Shown: piece by piece, positions 27,845 through 37,369 of the stretch | Layout: each line of letters begins with the position of its first letter | Numbering within the stretch: the first letter of the stretch is position 1 | Source of the DNA: an uncultured Sulfurospirillum sp. | GTDB taxonomy: Bacteria; Campylobacterota; Campylobacteria; Campylobacterales; QNZT01 | Reading direction: 5' to 3' | Length of the DNA stretch: 64,000 bases | NCBI GenBank assembly: GCA_964573205.1 | Contig: CAZNIT010000026.1 | Span: forward strand, 1 to 64,000 | Position numbers and translations under genes: made by a program | Notes under the pieces: model-generated | What the model was told of the DNA's origin: nothing | What the model saw: the letters and a program-made list of their open reading frames with translations, nothing else | Databases searched by the model: none

Positions 27845-29188
27845 TTAGTTTTTCTTTGCCATTTCGGCATCTATCATCGCAGTGAGAGTGTCCCCCTGAG
27901 AATTGAGTTTCGCGATAATCGAATCGTATGACGCAAATTTCTTTGCCATAATACTATATCGGTCATCCAATCTTTTTTGTGCAGCTTTTTGTTGCTCCTG
28001 AAGTCTTGTGGCGTCGTTTTCGAGGTTTTTTGCAAGAGATTTAAGTACGCCGTTGGAACTTGTCTTGATATCGAATATCGCACTTTCGAGTCTGTTGAAA
28101 GCTCCGTCTCTTCCGTTTGTTCCTCTAAAAAAATCTTCGAGAGATTGCGGATCCTCTTTTAGCGCCGTCTCAAATTTGTTTTTGTCAAACTCGATAGTTC
28201 CGTCTCTTTTTATCTCCAGTCCGAAATCGTTCATCATTTTTTTATCTTTGGAGATAGTTAGAATAAACGCGTCTTTGATCATGTTTTCGGCGTTTCTAAC
28301 GGAAGAGTCTCCTTGAAAAAGACCGGTTGTTTTGGTCTCTTTGTCAAATTTCGTACTTTCGCTAAATCCTTCAATCAATGCGTTATATTGTTGAACGAAC
28401 TTCTCCATACCTTCAAGAAGTTTCGTATTGTCCTGTTTTACGGCGATATCCGTCTTTCCCTCTTTTTCAAGAGTGATCGTTACGCCTTCAATCAGATCGT
28501 CTATTTTATTGCTCTTTCTTGTTATGTCTATGCCGTCAAGATTGAATTTCGCATCTTTTGCGCCTTCTCCCACTTGATCGAAATTATAATCCCCGCTGAT
28601 CGTTATATTGTTCGAAGATCCCGTATTTGTCGATTTCAAAATTATATGATAAGGGTTCGCTCCACCGGTATTGATTATCGATGCCTCTATAAGAGAGTCG
28701 GTCGATTTGTTGATTTTTTCTACGACCTGTTTGATCGAATCGGTTGAAGAGACGTCTATATCGAAAGTTTTTTCATCGTCCCCTGTACCGATTTTAAGAG
28801 TCATAGTGCCTTCGCCCATCAAAGCCTCTTCATAGCCGTAGCCTTGTTGTGATTCTTTGATATCTTGTGTCGCCAGGTTTATAACTTCTAAAGAGTAATT
28901 TCCTACTTTTGCTTTAGAATCCGTCTCTATCGATATGGAATCTCCGGTTAGATCCGAAGTTTTCGAATCGTAAATTTTAGGATCGGATAGCGTTACGACT
29001 TCGGTGTTGAGGTTGGATACTAGTTTTGTAAGTTCGCTTAGCTTCTCTTGTTTTAACGTATTTAATTCAATTTTATTTTCGATAGGCTTTATGATAGCCG
29101 AGGTATCCGCATCTTTTAGTTGATCTATTATATCGTATGAGAGCGCGCCTTTACTACCGATGCCAAGAGTACTTAAAGTTCCAGCCAT
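27845..29188 (-). CDS. fliD: Flagellar filament cap protein FliD (HAP2)
   Basis: 447 aa. N-terminus ...LSTLGIGSKGALSYDIIDQLKDAD and C-terminal coiled coil typical of FliD. Position between flaG and fliS. Confidence 0.85.
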   Translation of the reverse strand: MAGTLSTLGIGSKGALSYDIIDQLKDADTSAIIKPIENKIELNTLKQEKLSELTKLVSNLNTEVVTLSDPKIYDSKTSDLTGDSISIETDSKAKVGNYSLEVINLATQDIKESQQGYGYEEALMGEGTMTLKIGTGDDEKTFDIDVSSTDSIKQVVEKINKSTDSLIEASIINTGGANPYHIILKSTNTGSSNNITISGDYNFDQVGEGAKDAKFNLDGIDITRKSNKIDDLIEGVTITLEKEGKTDIAVKQDNTKLLEGMEKFVQQYNALIEGFSESTKFDKETKTTGLFQGDSSVRNAENMIKDAFILTISKDKKMMNDFGLEIKRDGTIEFDKNKFETALKEDPQSLEDFFRGTNGRDGAFNRLESAIFDIKTSSNGVLKSLAKNLENDATRLQEQQKAAQKRLDDRYSIMAKKFASYDSIIAKLNSQGDTLTAMIDAEMAKKN

Positions 29189-29191
29189 TGT

Positions 29192-29578
29192 TTATCCTTT
29201 TTTATCTAGTAACGCGCCGACTAGATCTTTCATACTTTCACTAATCTTCATAGCTTCTTCACTCGGAAGTTTTCTGATTACTCTGCCGGTATTTTTATCT
29301 ATGACATTTAAATAGACTTGATCGATTTTGTCATTATAAGCGAATTTTACGTCAAGATTGAGAGATTCGCTCATTTCGTTGAATTTTTTCGCACTTTCGG
29401 CAAGTTTCTCTTTTTGATCTAGTGTGGAAATAGAGTTTTCCCTATCACTATGATTTGATATAGTCTGCGGCTTTTGAGCGACGCTTTGACTACTTTTTGA
29501 GGATGCGTCAAAAGAGTGCTCGACCGATTGTGTCACATTTTGTACCGTCGGCATACTTTTTATCGTTGTCATTTCCAT
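29192..29578 (-). CDS. flaG: Flagellar protein FlaG
   Basis: 128 aa. C-terminal block KFAYNDKIDQVYLNVIDKNTGRVIRKLPSEE typical of FlaG. 3 nt upstream of fliD. Confidence 0.75.
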   Translation of the reverse strand: MEMTTIKSMPTVQNVTQSVEHSFDASSKSSQSVAQKPQTISNHSDRENSISTLDQKEKLAESAKKFNEMSESLNLDVKFAYNDKIDQVYLNVIDKNTGRVIRKLPSEEAMKISESMKDLVGALLDKKG

Positions 29579-29749
29579 CTGCTACTCCTTTAGCAAAGTC
29601 TTAATATTTCAAAATTGTTTTTTAAGACTCTCTAACACCAACATCGGTAAAAAAATAGTATAGGTGTAAAATTTTTATTGTTTTATGGCAATTTTTGTTA
29701 AAATCGAATCAAGTTTTTACATTTTGTTACACAAGAGGGAGATTTTGGG

Positions 29750-30097
29750 ATGAGAATAGTTATAAAGTGCGACTCGCCGCTGTTGCAGGGCACACTCGTC
29801 TCTTATCTAGGGGAGTATATATATGAAGACGAACTCGCCGATGTGTTGATTAGCGATAAAAACGTAAGGAGCCAAAAAGTTCTTTTGCGTGTCGGCTTTG
29901 ATTTGGACGCCGACCTTAGAATTCCTTTTACCAAAGAGGAGTTGATTTCGAAATTGAACGATCTCTACAAAACGAATCCCAGGCTCAAAAAGATTCAAGA
30001 TACGCAAGAAGTTCTTGAGAGCGTTATCAAGAAATTGAATAAAAAACATCAAGAGAAGATCGCGAAACTTATGAAGAGTTATTATGCCAAACGATAA
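29750..30097 (+). CDS. Hypothetical protein
   Basis: 115 aa. GGGAG RBS. 3' end overlaps the rsmD start. Confidence 0.45.
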   Translation: MRIVIKCDSPLLQGTLVSYLGEYIYEDELADVLISDKNVRSQKVLLRVGFDLDADLRIPFTKEELISKLNDLYKTNPRLKKIQDTQEVLESVIKKLNKKHQEKIAKLMKSYYAKR

Positions 30098-30674
30098 AAT
30101 GAGCTTTTATATTCAAGGCGGAAGATACAAGGGTAAAAAGCTTTTTATTCCGAAAGAGGCTACGACAAGGGCTACGAAATCTATCATAAGGGGTTCGCTT
30201 TTTAATACGCTGCAACAAGATATCGTAAACCAAATTTTTATAGAGGTCTTCGCCGGAAGCGGTTCGATGGGTTTTGAAGCGCTAAGTCGAGGTGCGAAGG
30301 AGGCTTATTTTATCGAAAAAGAGAAAAGTGCTTATGAAGTGCTTCGAAAAAACTCGGCTATTATCGATAAGGAGAATTCACATTTGAGTTTCGGTAACAG
30401 TTTCGAACTCTACGAACCTCTTATTCAAACTCTTCGAGAAAGATCCCTTAAAGCTTTTATCTATTTCGATCCGCCGTTTGATATTCGTGAAGGGATGGAT
30501 GATATTTACGACAAAGTGGTTGAAATGATTAAAAAGACGCCGAGCGTTACGGTTTTAAAGATAATTGTAGAACATAATAGTAAAATCGATTTTGCCGATC
30601 GTATCGGTGATTTTATGAAGATTAAGAAGAGAAAGTTCGGAAAAACGACACTTACCTATTTTACTCTGGCATAG
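30084..30674 (+). CDS. rsmD: 16S rRNA (guanine966-N2)-methyltransferase RsmD
   Basis: 196 aa. FAGSGSMGFEALSRGA motif and DPPF motif (YFDPPFD). Confidence 0.8.
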   Translation: MPNDKMSFYIQGGRYKGKKLFIPKEATTRATKSIIRGSLFNTLQQDIVNQIFIEVFAGSGSMGFEALSRGAKEAYFIEKEKSAYEVLRKNSAIIDKENSHLSFGNSFELYEPLIQTLRERSLKAFIYFDPPFDIREGMDDIYDKVVEMIKKTPSVTVLKIIVEHNSKIDFADRIGDFMKIKKRKFGKTTLTYFTLA

Positions 30675-30683
30675 TAATTGCTT
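30667..30683 (+). promoter_or_regulatory. Sigma54 (RpoN) promoter for flgI: TGGCAT-N5-TTGCTT
   Basis: GG (30668-69) and GC (30680-81) separated by 10 nt. Near-consensus -24/-12 elements. Overlaps the rsmD stop codon. 35 nt upstream of the flgI ATG. Confidence 0.6.
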
Positions 30684-30717
30684 TATATGGAGTCAATTAG
30701 AGTCTCGGAGATGTCGT

Positions 30718-31746
30718 ATGAAAAATATCGTTTTAACGCTTTTACTCTTTTATTCGCTCTCTTATGCCGTTGTCGTCAGGGATGTCGCCAATGTCGTGGG
30801 CGTAAGAGATAATCAACTTATCGGTTACGGTTTGGTTGTGGGTTTGAACGGTACCGGCGACGGTTCCTCTTCTCAGTTTACAAGACAAGCGATCTCCAGT
30901 CTTCTACAAAGCGTTCATGTAAAAGTCGATCCCAGAAATATAAAATCCAAAAATGTAGCCGCCGTTATGGTTACGGCGAAACTACCGCCGTTTTCAAGAC
31001 ACGGCGATAAAATAGACGTGGAAGTATCTTCTATGGGTGATGCAAAATCGATAGTGGGAGGAACCCTTCTTCTAACTCCGCTTAGAGCCGTTGACGGCAA
31101 TATATACGCCTTGGCGCAGGGCAGTATCAACAAAGGTTACAGCTTGAACAAAAGAGATATTAGAAAATCTGCCAGTGCGAAGATATATAAAGGTGCGATT
31201 GTCGAGAAAGAGGTCGATTTTAACCTTTACGACAAGCAAAGTATCAAACTTAGTCTTAAAAAGGCGGATTTTCAGACCGTCGTGAAGATTCAAAAAAGTT
31301 TAAATAGAAAGTTTTCCCAAAATATAGCAAAAGCCGTCGATCCCAGAACCGTGGAATTGACAAAGCCTTCGAATATGAGTATGATAGAGTTTTTAGCGGC
31401 CGTAGATAAGACCGATATCGGTTTCGTGGCGGCGGATAAGATTATAATAGACGAAAAAACGGGAACGGTGGTTGCCGGTATCGGCGTAAAGGTGTCGCCG
31501 GTAGTGTTGACTCATAAGGATTTGACGCTAAAAATCACTTCCGTACCCACACTTCCCGAAAATTCTCGGGCGGATGTATTCGTCGATCGTAAAAACAATG
31601 TCGTAAATATGCGTTACGGTGAGGTGACGGTTGCAAATATCGCCAGAGTTTTACAAAAACTAGGAGCTTCCGCTCAAGATATTATAGAAATTATTCAAAG
31701 TATCAAGCAAGCCGGCGCAATAACGGCCGAATTGGAGATTATCTGA
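30718..31746 (+). CDS. flgI: Flagellar P-ring protein FlgI
   Basis: 342 aa. Signal peptide. NQLIGYGLVVGLNGTGD block diagnostic of FlgI. Confidence 0.9.
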   Translation: MKNIVLTLLLFYSLSYAVVVRDVANVVGVRDNQLIGYGLVVGLNGTGDGSSSQFTRQAISSLLQSVHVKVDPRNIKSKNVAAVMVTAKLPPFSRHGDKIDVEVSSMGDAKSIVGGTLLLTPLRAVDGNIYALAQGSINKGYSLNKRDIRKSASAKIYKGAIVEKEVDFNLYDKQSIKLSLKKADFQTVVKIQKSLNRKFSQNIAKAVDPRTVELTKPSNMSMIEFLAAVDKTDIGFVAADKIIIDEKTGTVVAGIGVKVSPVVLTHKDLTLKITSVPTLPENSRADVFVDRKNNVVNMRYGEVTVANIARVLQKLGASAQDIIEIIQSIKQAGAITAELEII

Positions 31747-32039
31747 TGAAAATAGACCATGCGATAGCTCTGGACGCGTTGAACGATAAAAAATTCGATT
31801 ACGTCGGTGACGATAAAAAGTTAAAAGAACAGACCGATCAATTCGAAGCGTTTTTGATAAAAAAAGTGTTAGACATTTCGATCAAGCAAGAAAATCCTCT
31901 TTTTGGGAAAGATGCCGGCGACAAAATCTATCGATCCATGTACAACGATGCCTTCTCAAACGCCCTCAGCGGCGATATCGGATTTAGTCAGATGCTTTTT
32001 GATTTTCTTAAAGAGCGGAATGTATTGACGTCAAATTAG
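31746..32039 (+). CDS. flgJ: Rod-binding protein (FlgJ N-terminal-domain-like; Cj1463-like)
   Basis: 97 aa. FEAFLIKKVLD...MYNDAFS matches the Rod_binding domain pattern. Immediately follows flgI. Confidence 0.6.
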   Translation: MKIDHAIALDALNDKKFDYVGDDKKLKEQTDQFEAFLIKKVLDISIKQENPLFGKDAGDKIYRSMYNDAFSNALSGDIGFSQMLFDFLKERNVLTSN

Positions 32040-32071
32040 TAAATTAAAATTATTTGATTTTCTAAAAAAGT

Positions 32072-32098
32072 TAAAGTTTCTTTCGAAAATGCCGATCT
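32072..32098 (+). promoter_or_regulatory. Sigma28 (FliA)-type promoter TAAA-N15-GCCGATCT upstream of flgN-like/flgK
   Basis: TAAA at 32072-32075, 15-nt spacer, GCCGATCT at 32091-32098 (consensus GCCGATAA). About 48 nt upstream of ATG 32146. Confidence 0.5.
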
Positions 32099-32145
32099 AT
32101 ATATAAATAAATTAATGTATAAGATCCGAAATTTAAGGAAGAGAT

Positions 32146-32580
32146 ATGAATCAAATTTCAAGTACTCTGAAAATACTTCTTGCCGATATCGACACTCTAA
32201 TCTCTTTGACGAAAGAGGATATCGAACTTGTAAAAAAAGCAAATCATGACAATATCAAAAAAAACAATGGCGAAAAGGAGATGTTGTTAAAACGCTTTGA
32301 GAGTAACAAATCCTTTTTAAACGATCTGCTTTTGGCCATAACGAATGAAAAGCCCGATAAAAGCTTGAGCGAAATTTTACCGAAAGAGCATTTAGACGAT
32401 CTTGAAGAGTTCAAAAGAAGACTCCAAGAGCTTCATAGGTTAAATAGGAATTACGCAAAATTCGTTACCGCCTTAAACGAATTTTTCAGCTCTCTTTTAG
32501 CGGCGATGATTCCAATGAAAAGCGAGGGCTATATGAACACCGGACCGCAACCGGCCTCTTTTTTACGGGTGAGTGTTTAA
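32146..32580 (+). CDS. FlgN-like flagellar chaperone (Cj1465-like)
   Basis: 144 aa helical protein directly upstream of flgK. Call rests on synteny and composition. Confidence 0.45.
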   Translation: MNQISSTLKILLADIDTLISLTKEDIELVKKANHDNIKKNNGEKEMLLKRFESNKSFLNDLLLAITNEKPDKSLSEILPKEHLDDLEEFKRRLQELHRLNRNYAKFVTALNEFFSSLLAAMIPMKSEGYMNTGPQPASFLRVSV

Positions 32581-32581
32581 G

Positions 32582-34426
32582 ATGGGTATCTTCGATGCGC
32601 TATCGGTAGGATATTCCGGACTTAGTACGGCGCAAAGCGGGATAAATACCACTTCACACAATATTTCGAATATTAACACTCCGGGATATAGTAAACAAAG
32701 AGTCGAGCAGAAGGTAAACTATCCACTTGATACGGTTCCAGGAACCACCGGCAACGGAGTTAAAGTAGAGCAGATAACAAGATCTCATGACGAATTTCTT
32801 TATAAAAGATTAAAAAGTGCCTCTTCATCACTCTCTTTTAGCGAGTATTCGCACAATACGTTGACAGAAATTTCCGATATTTTTACGGATTTGGAAGATC
32901 TTGCGATTGCTAACGATCTAAAAGAGTTTTTCAACTCATGGGGAGATCTTTCGAGTTATCCGGATGACGAATCGTCGAAGCTTGTTGTCGTCAATACTAT
33001 GGATTCGCTCGCTACGAAATTAAAAGAGGCGAGAAATCAATTGGAAAATATTTCCGAAAGATTGAATGACGAATTCGCCGATACAATAGATAACATAAAT
33101 GATTTAGCTGGCCAGATAACCGATTTGAATAAACGGATAAATAAAATAGAAAATATTCCCAACCAAAATGCCAACGATTTAAGAGATGAAAGAGATAAAT
33201 TGGAGCTTGAACTTTCCAAAATGGTAAATATTTCCGTTTTTAAAGGAAATATCGATATAAACGGCAATCCGACTCAAACGGACGCTGGAAACGCTTATAA
33301 TATCAATATTGCCGGACACAATATAGTCGATGGAGTGACGACGCATCCGATCGATGTAGGTCTGACATACGACGATACGCCGTTTAGATCGGCTTATTAT
33401 ACGGATCATAATCAGGTAAAAACCGATATTACCGATAAATTAAGAGGCGGAAAGATAGGTGCCATACTCGATTTAAGAGGCGACGGTTTGGATTCGGTGA
33501 CGAAAAAAGCGACGAATTCGAAGATTCAAGAATATATTGATAAAATAGACTCTTTCGCATCGACGCTTATTGAAAAAACCAACAGTATCTATGCTTCCGC
33601 CGCAGTGGAAAAAATTTCGACCGATGATTTGACGGATTTGAAAGATGATTCGATCTTATCGTTGAATGAAAATATAAACGAGGGAAGCTTCAACGTAATC
33701 GTCTATGATACTTATGGAAACATCGTGACAAAAAGAGAGATAACGATAGATGGCGATACGACTCTAAACGACGATACGAATTCATCCAGCGTCGTTACGC
33801 AGCTAAACGAAAATAGAGACGACAACGGCGACAACGACGGTACGAACGATTTTGACGATCTCTTTTTCGCTTCGGTGGTAAGTGATCCGAATAAGCCTCA
33901 TGTATTAAGAATCGCAGCAAAGGATGAAAACGCCGGTTATAAGATAGCCGTAGAAGATAACGGTACGAATTTCGCGGGATATACCGGAATGAATAGATTG
34001 TTTGAAGGAAAAGACGCAAAAGATATAGCCGTTAGATCGGATATATTGAAAAATCCTTCCAAACTCGCTTCTTCCAAAGCTCCTGTAACGGGTGCCAACG
34101 ATCTTGCTAACGAAATGTTGAATCTTCAATATGAGAAATTATCATTCAAAAATCCCGATAACTCTTACACCTCTCAAACATTGGAAGAGTTTTATCGCTA
34201 TACTACGGCCGGTATCGCTACGGATACGAACAATGCCGCTATAAACAAAGACGCGGCCGAGCTTTTGACGAAAACCGCAACCGAGCGGATGCAGGCGGTA
34301 AGCGGTGTCGATATGGATGAAGAGCTTATGAATTTGATGAAATATCAAACCGCGTATCAAGCTAGCGCGAAGATTATTACCACCGTCGATCAAATGTTAA
34401 ATACCCTGCTTGGAATAAAACAGTAA
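32582..34426 (+). CDS. flgK: Flagellar hook-associated protein 1 FlgK
   Basis: Starts MGIFDALSVGYSGLSTAQSGINTTSHNISNINTPGYSKQ (axial-protein N-terminal motif). The conserved C-terminus ends ...LLGIKQ. The ORF track begins 9 nt earlier (MFKM). I prefer the MGIF start. Confidence 0.85.
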   Translation: MGIFDALSVGYSGLSTAQSGINTTSHNISNINTPGYSKQRVEQKVNYPLDTVPGTTGNGVKVEQITRSHDEFLYKRLKSASSSLSFSEYSHNTLTEISDIFTDLEDLAIANDLKEFFNSWGDLSSYPDDESSKLVVVNTMDSLATKLKEARNQLENISERLNDEFADTIDNINDLAGQITDLNKRINKIENIPNQNANDLRDERDKLELELSKMVNISVFKGNIDINGNPTQTDAGNAYNINIAGHNIVDGVTTHPIDVGLTYDDTPFRSAYYTDHNQVKTDITDKLRGGKIGAILDLRGDGLDSVTKKATNSKIQEYIDKIDSFASTLIEKTNSIYASAAVEKISTDDLTDLKDDSILSLNENINEGSFNVIVYDTYGNIVTKREITIDGDTTLNDDTNSSSVVTQLNENRDDNGDNDGTNDFDDLFFASVVSDPNKPHVLRIAAKDENAGYKIAVEDNGTNFAGYTGMNRLFEGKDAKDIAVRSDILKNPSKLASSKAPVTGANDLANEMLNLQYEKLSFKNPDNSYTSQTLEEFYRYTTAGIATDTNNAAINKDAAELLTKTATERMQAVSGVDMDEELMNLMKYQTAYQASAKIITTVDQMLNTLLGIKQ

Positions 34427-34507
34427 AAATAAATTTGATTTTTATTAAACATTTTGTTAAAATAGACGATAGTTTAAGAGTAAAATAAATTTTAAAAAGG
34501 ATTTTGA

Positions 34508-34798
34508 ATGAAAAGAGCAGTTGGTAAAACCTTATTGGTGTCCGTAGTTTTCGCTTTTTGTGCTTCGGCTCTTCAGGCCGGATGGGTGATGGTCGATGAC
34601 AACAAGGACGGGGCGAAGTTGGTATGTTGCAAAAAAGCTAAAAAAATCGTCAGAAAAAGAGTCGTGAAAAAGAATTTAACGCCTTGCGACGCTATTCCGA
34701 CCGCAAAAACGTATCCGCTTGAAAGAGGAGAAAAATTGGCTCCGGCGAATATAAAAAGATGTATCAGTTGTGATCAGAAATATGGAGTTATAAAATAA
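34508..34798 (+). CDS. Small secreted basic Cys-rich protein (hypothetical)
   Basis: 96 aa. Signal peptide MKRAVGKTLLVSVVFAFCASALQA. AAAGGA RBS. Six Cys. Confidence 0.45.
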   Translation: MKRAVGKTLLVSVVFAFCASALQAGWVMVDDNKDGAKLVCCKKAKKIVRKRVVKKNLTPCDAIPTAKTYPLERGEKLAPANIKRCISCDQKYGVIK

Positions 34799-34800
34799 AT

Positions 34801-34827
34801 AATCATGTACGAATTTCGTACATGATT
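34801..34827. repeat. Perfect 27-nt palindrome (13-bp arms) AATCATGTACGAA-T-TTCGTACATGATT; terminator-like hairpin or regulator site
   Basis: Seen directly. Begins 3 nt after the small ORF stop. Lies 36 nt upstream of the ispG extended -10. Confidence 0.5.
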
Positions 34828-34877
34828 TAATCAAAAACACACTACTTCACTTTAGCATCTTTTGTTATAATCGTTTT

Positions 34878-35939
34878 ATGATTAAAAGATACCCCACAAA
34901 GAAAATTTATGTAGGAGGGGTCGCCGTAGGCGGTGACGCTCCCATTAGCGTTCAGTCGATGACGTTTTCCAAAACTGCCGATGTTGAGAGTACGCTCGAA
35001 CAGATAAAAAGACTTCATTTTGCAGGATGCGATATAGTTCGTTTAGCGGTTGTTGACGAAGAAGCGGCTAATGCTCTTAAAACGATAAAAGAGCGAAGTT
35101 CCCTTCCGATTATCGCCGATATACATTTTAACTACAAACTGGCTCTAATAGCCGCTCAAAGCGTTGATTGTATTCGTATAAATCCGGGAAACATCGGTTC
35201 AAAAGAGAGAATAAAAGCTGTCGTCGATGCCTGTAAAGAGAGAGCGATTCCTATTAGAATAGGAGTAAATAGCGGTTCTCTTGAGAGTCGGTTCGAAGAC
35301 AGATACGGTCAAACTCCCGAGGGAATGGTCGCCTCGGCTCTTTATAATATAAAACTTCTTGAGGATTACGATTTTACCGATATAAAGATATCTTTGAAAG
35401 CCAGTGACGTTCAAAGAACGGTAAAAGCGTATCGAGATCTACGTCCGAAAGTCTCCTATCCGTTTCATTTGGGTGTGACGGAGGCCGGAACTCTTTTTCA
35501 TGCAACGGTAAAATCCGCTATAGCGCTGGGAACTCTGCTTTTGGAAGGGATAGGTGATACGATGAGAGTTTCGATAACCGGAGAGTTGGAAAAAGAGATA
35601 GAGGTCGGTAAAGCTATTTTAAAAGATGCCGGTTTAACAAAAGAGGGGCTGAATATAATTTCTTGTCCGACTTGCGGCAGAATAGAAGCCGATTTGGTAA
35701 AAGCGGTGAACGAGGTTGAAAAGAAGACAAAACATATAAAAGCGCCGTTGGACATCTCCGTAATGGGGTGTGTCGTCAACGCTATCGGTGAAGCCAAGTG
35801 CGCCGATGTGGCTATAGCGTTCGGAAAGGGAAGCGGACTTGTTATGAGAAAAGGTGAAGTGGTGGCGAAGCTTGATGAAAAAGAGTTGATCGAGCGCTTC
35901 TTGCAAGAGGTGGAAAAAGCGGCAAAAGAGTACTCATGA
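34878..35939 (+). CDS. ispG: 4-hydroxy-3-methylbut-2-enyl diphosphate synthase IspG (GcpE)
   Basis: 353 aa. [22 protein letters not shown] and a C-terminal CPTCGR Fe-S motif. Extended -10 TGTTATAAT at 34863-34871 and no SD, so the mRNA may be leaderless. Confidence 0.9.
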   Translation: MIKRYPTKKIYVGGVAVGGDAPISVQSMTFSKTADVESTLEQIKRLHFAGCDIVRLAVVDEEAANALKTIKERSSLPIIADIHFNYKLALIAAQSVDCIRINPGNIGSKERIKAVVDACKERAIPIRIGVNSGSLESRFEDRYGQTPEGMVASALYNIKLLEDYDFTDIKISLKASDVQRTVKAYRDLRPKVSYPFHLGVTEAGTLFHATVKSAIALGTLLLEGIGDTMRVSITGELEKEIEVGKAILKDAGLTKEGLNIISCPTCGRIEADLVKAVNEVEKKTKHIKAPLDISVMGCVVNAIGEAKCADVAIAFGKGSGLVMRKGEVVAKLDEKELIERFLQEVEKAAKEYS

Positions 35940-37369
35940 CACAAAATCAGTTACATAATCTAAACATAGAAAGAGCTATTTTAAGCGCTATCATATATGA
36001 GCCGGCTTTGTATGAGGATGTCGCTTCGAAACTATCGGCGCAAGATTTTTATCTGCCAGATCATCAGATAATATTCGAATGTATGGAAGAGCTCGATCGT
36101 GAAGAACAGCCTATCGACGAAGAGTTTCTAAAGAAAAAATTGCTTGCTAAAAAGCGTTTTAACGAAGATGTTTTTATAGAGATTATATCCGCAAATCCCA
36201 TCTCGAATGTAGGTGCTTACGTTGAGGAGATCAAAGAGAAAGCTATCAAAAGAGATCTTGTAAAATTAACTGCAAAGATCCGCGAAGTGACTGTTGAAGA
36301 GGATTTGCCCAGCGACGATATCTTAAATATCGTCCAAAAAGAGCTTTACGAGATCTCTTTGGACGCTGCGACAAAGGAGTTTCGTGAAGCTCCTGAAATG
36401 GTTATATCAACCATAGAGCATATCAAAGAGATGAAAAAAAGAGGCAACAACGGCATTACCGGAGTCGATACCGGTTTTAGGGAGTTGAATGAATTGACGG
36501 CCGGTTTTGCCGAGGGGCAGCTTATTATTATCGCGGCCAGACCGGCGATGGGTAAAACCGCTTTTACACTAAATTTGGCGCAAAAAGCTTTGGATGACGG
36601 AAGAGGTGTCGCGATCTTTTCGCTTGAGATGCCGGCTGAGGAGTTGATGTTGAGAATGTTGAGCGCAAAGACTTCCATTCCGCTTCAAAATCTAAAGGTC
36701 GGTAATTTGAGTGACGATGAGTGGTCGCATCTGAGTCGTGCGACGGACGAGATGGCGAAACAGAAACTTTTTGTGGATGACGACGGTCTTTTAAATATAA
36801 ATCAGCTACGCTCCAAACTTCGTAAAATTAAAACTCAAAATCCGGAAATATCTTTGGCGATTATAGATTATTTGCAGCTTATGAGCGGTACGGGAGGAAA
36901 AGATAGACATCTTGAAGTGAGTGAGATTTCGCGAGGTTTGAAACTTTTGGCAAGGGAGTTGCAAATGCCGGTTATCGCCCTTTCGCAGCTAAATAGAGGC
37001 TTGGAGAGTCGCCATGACAAACGACCGATGTTAAGCGATATCCGTGAGTCGGGTTCGATCGAACAAGATGCGGATATAATTATGTTCGTATATCGAGACG
37101 ACGTATATAAAATGCGTGAAGAGAAAGAGAAAGAAAAAAGAGCCAAATCTGAAGGAAGAGAATACAAGAGCGAGTTTGTCGCGAGACCTGAAGAGGATGC
37201 CGAAGTGATTATCGGTAAAAACAGAAGCGGACCTATCGGAACCGCTCATCTTGTTTTTCAAAAAAGATTCACTCGTTTCGTCGATAAAGGGAGCGTTCCG
37301 GTCGAGATCGTGTTTGAGAATGCCGAAGAGAACGCTAGAAATTCAAATATCCAGATGCCGCCCGTTTAG
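35936..37369 (+). CDS. dnaB: Replicative DNA helicase DnaB
   Basis: 477 aa. Walker A GKTAF. DnaB family blocks ([21 protein letters not shown]). 4-nt overlap with ispG. Confidence 0.9.
   Translation: MTQNQLHNLNIERAILSAIIYEPALYEDVASKLSAQDFYLPDHQIIFECMEELDREEQPIDEEFLKKKLLAKKRFNEDVFIEIISANPISNVGAYVEEIKEKAIKRDLVKLTAKIREVTVEEDLPSDDILNIVQKELYEISLDAATKEFREAPEMVISTIEHIKEMKKRGNNGITGVDTGFRELNELTAGFAEGQLIIIAARPAMGKTAFTLNLAQKALDDGRGVAIFSLEMPAEELMLRMLSAKTSIPLQNLKVGNLSDDEWSHLSRATDEMAKQKLFVDDDGLLNINQLRSKLRKIKTQNPEISLAIIDYLQLMSGTGGKDRHLEVSEISRGLKLLARELQMPVIALSQLNRGLESRHDKRPMLSDIRESGSIEQDADIIMFVYRDDVYKMREEKEKEKRAKSEGREYKSEFVARPEEDAEVIIGKNRSGPIGTAHLVFQKRFTRFVDKGSVPVEIVFENAEENARNSNIQMPPV

Noticed and set aside
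27874..28747. Several plus-strand ORFs (61-144 aa) inside the fliD region, and similar antisense ORFs within pelB, pelF, leuA, flgK, ispG, dnaB, nasA and narK.
   Set aside because: They are antisense to long, well-supported CDSs with clear family signatures. They are typical shadow ORFs in AT-rich DNA.
29579..29749. Sigma28 promoter upstream of flaG (CCGATGTT at about -10 on the minus strand).
   Set aside because: The -10-like CCGATGTT lacks a TAAA element at the expected 15-nt spacing. No GG-N10-GC sigma54 motif is present either. Evidence is too weak to call.
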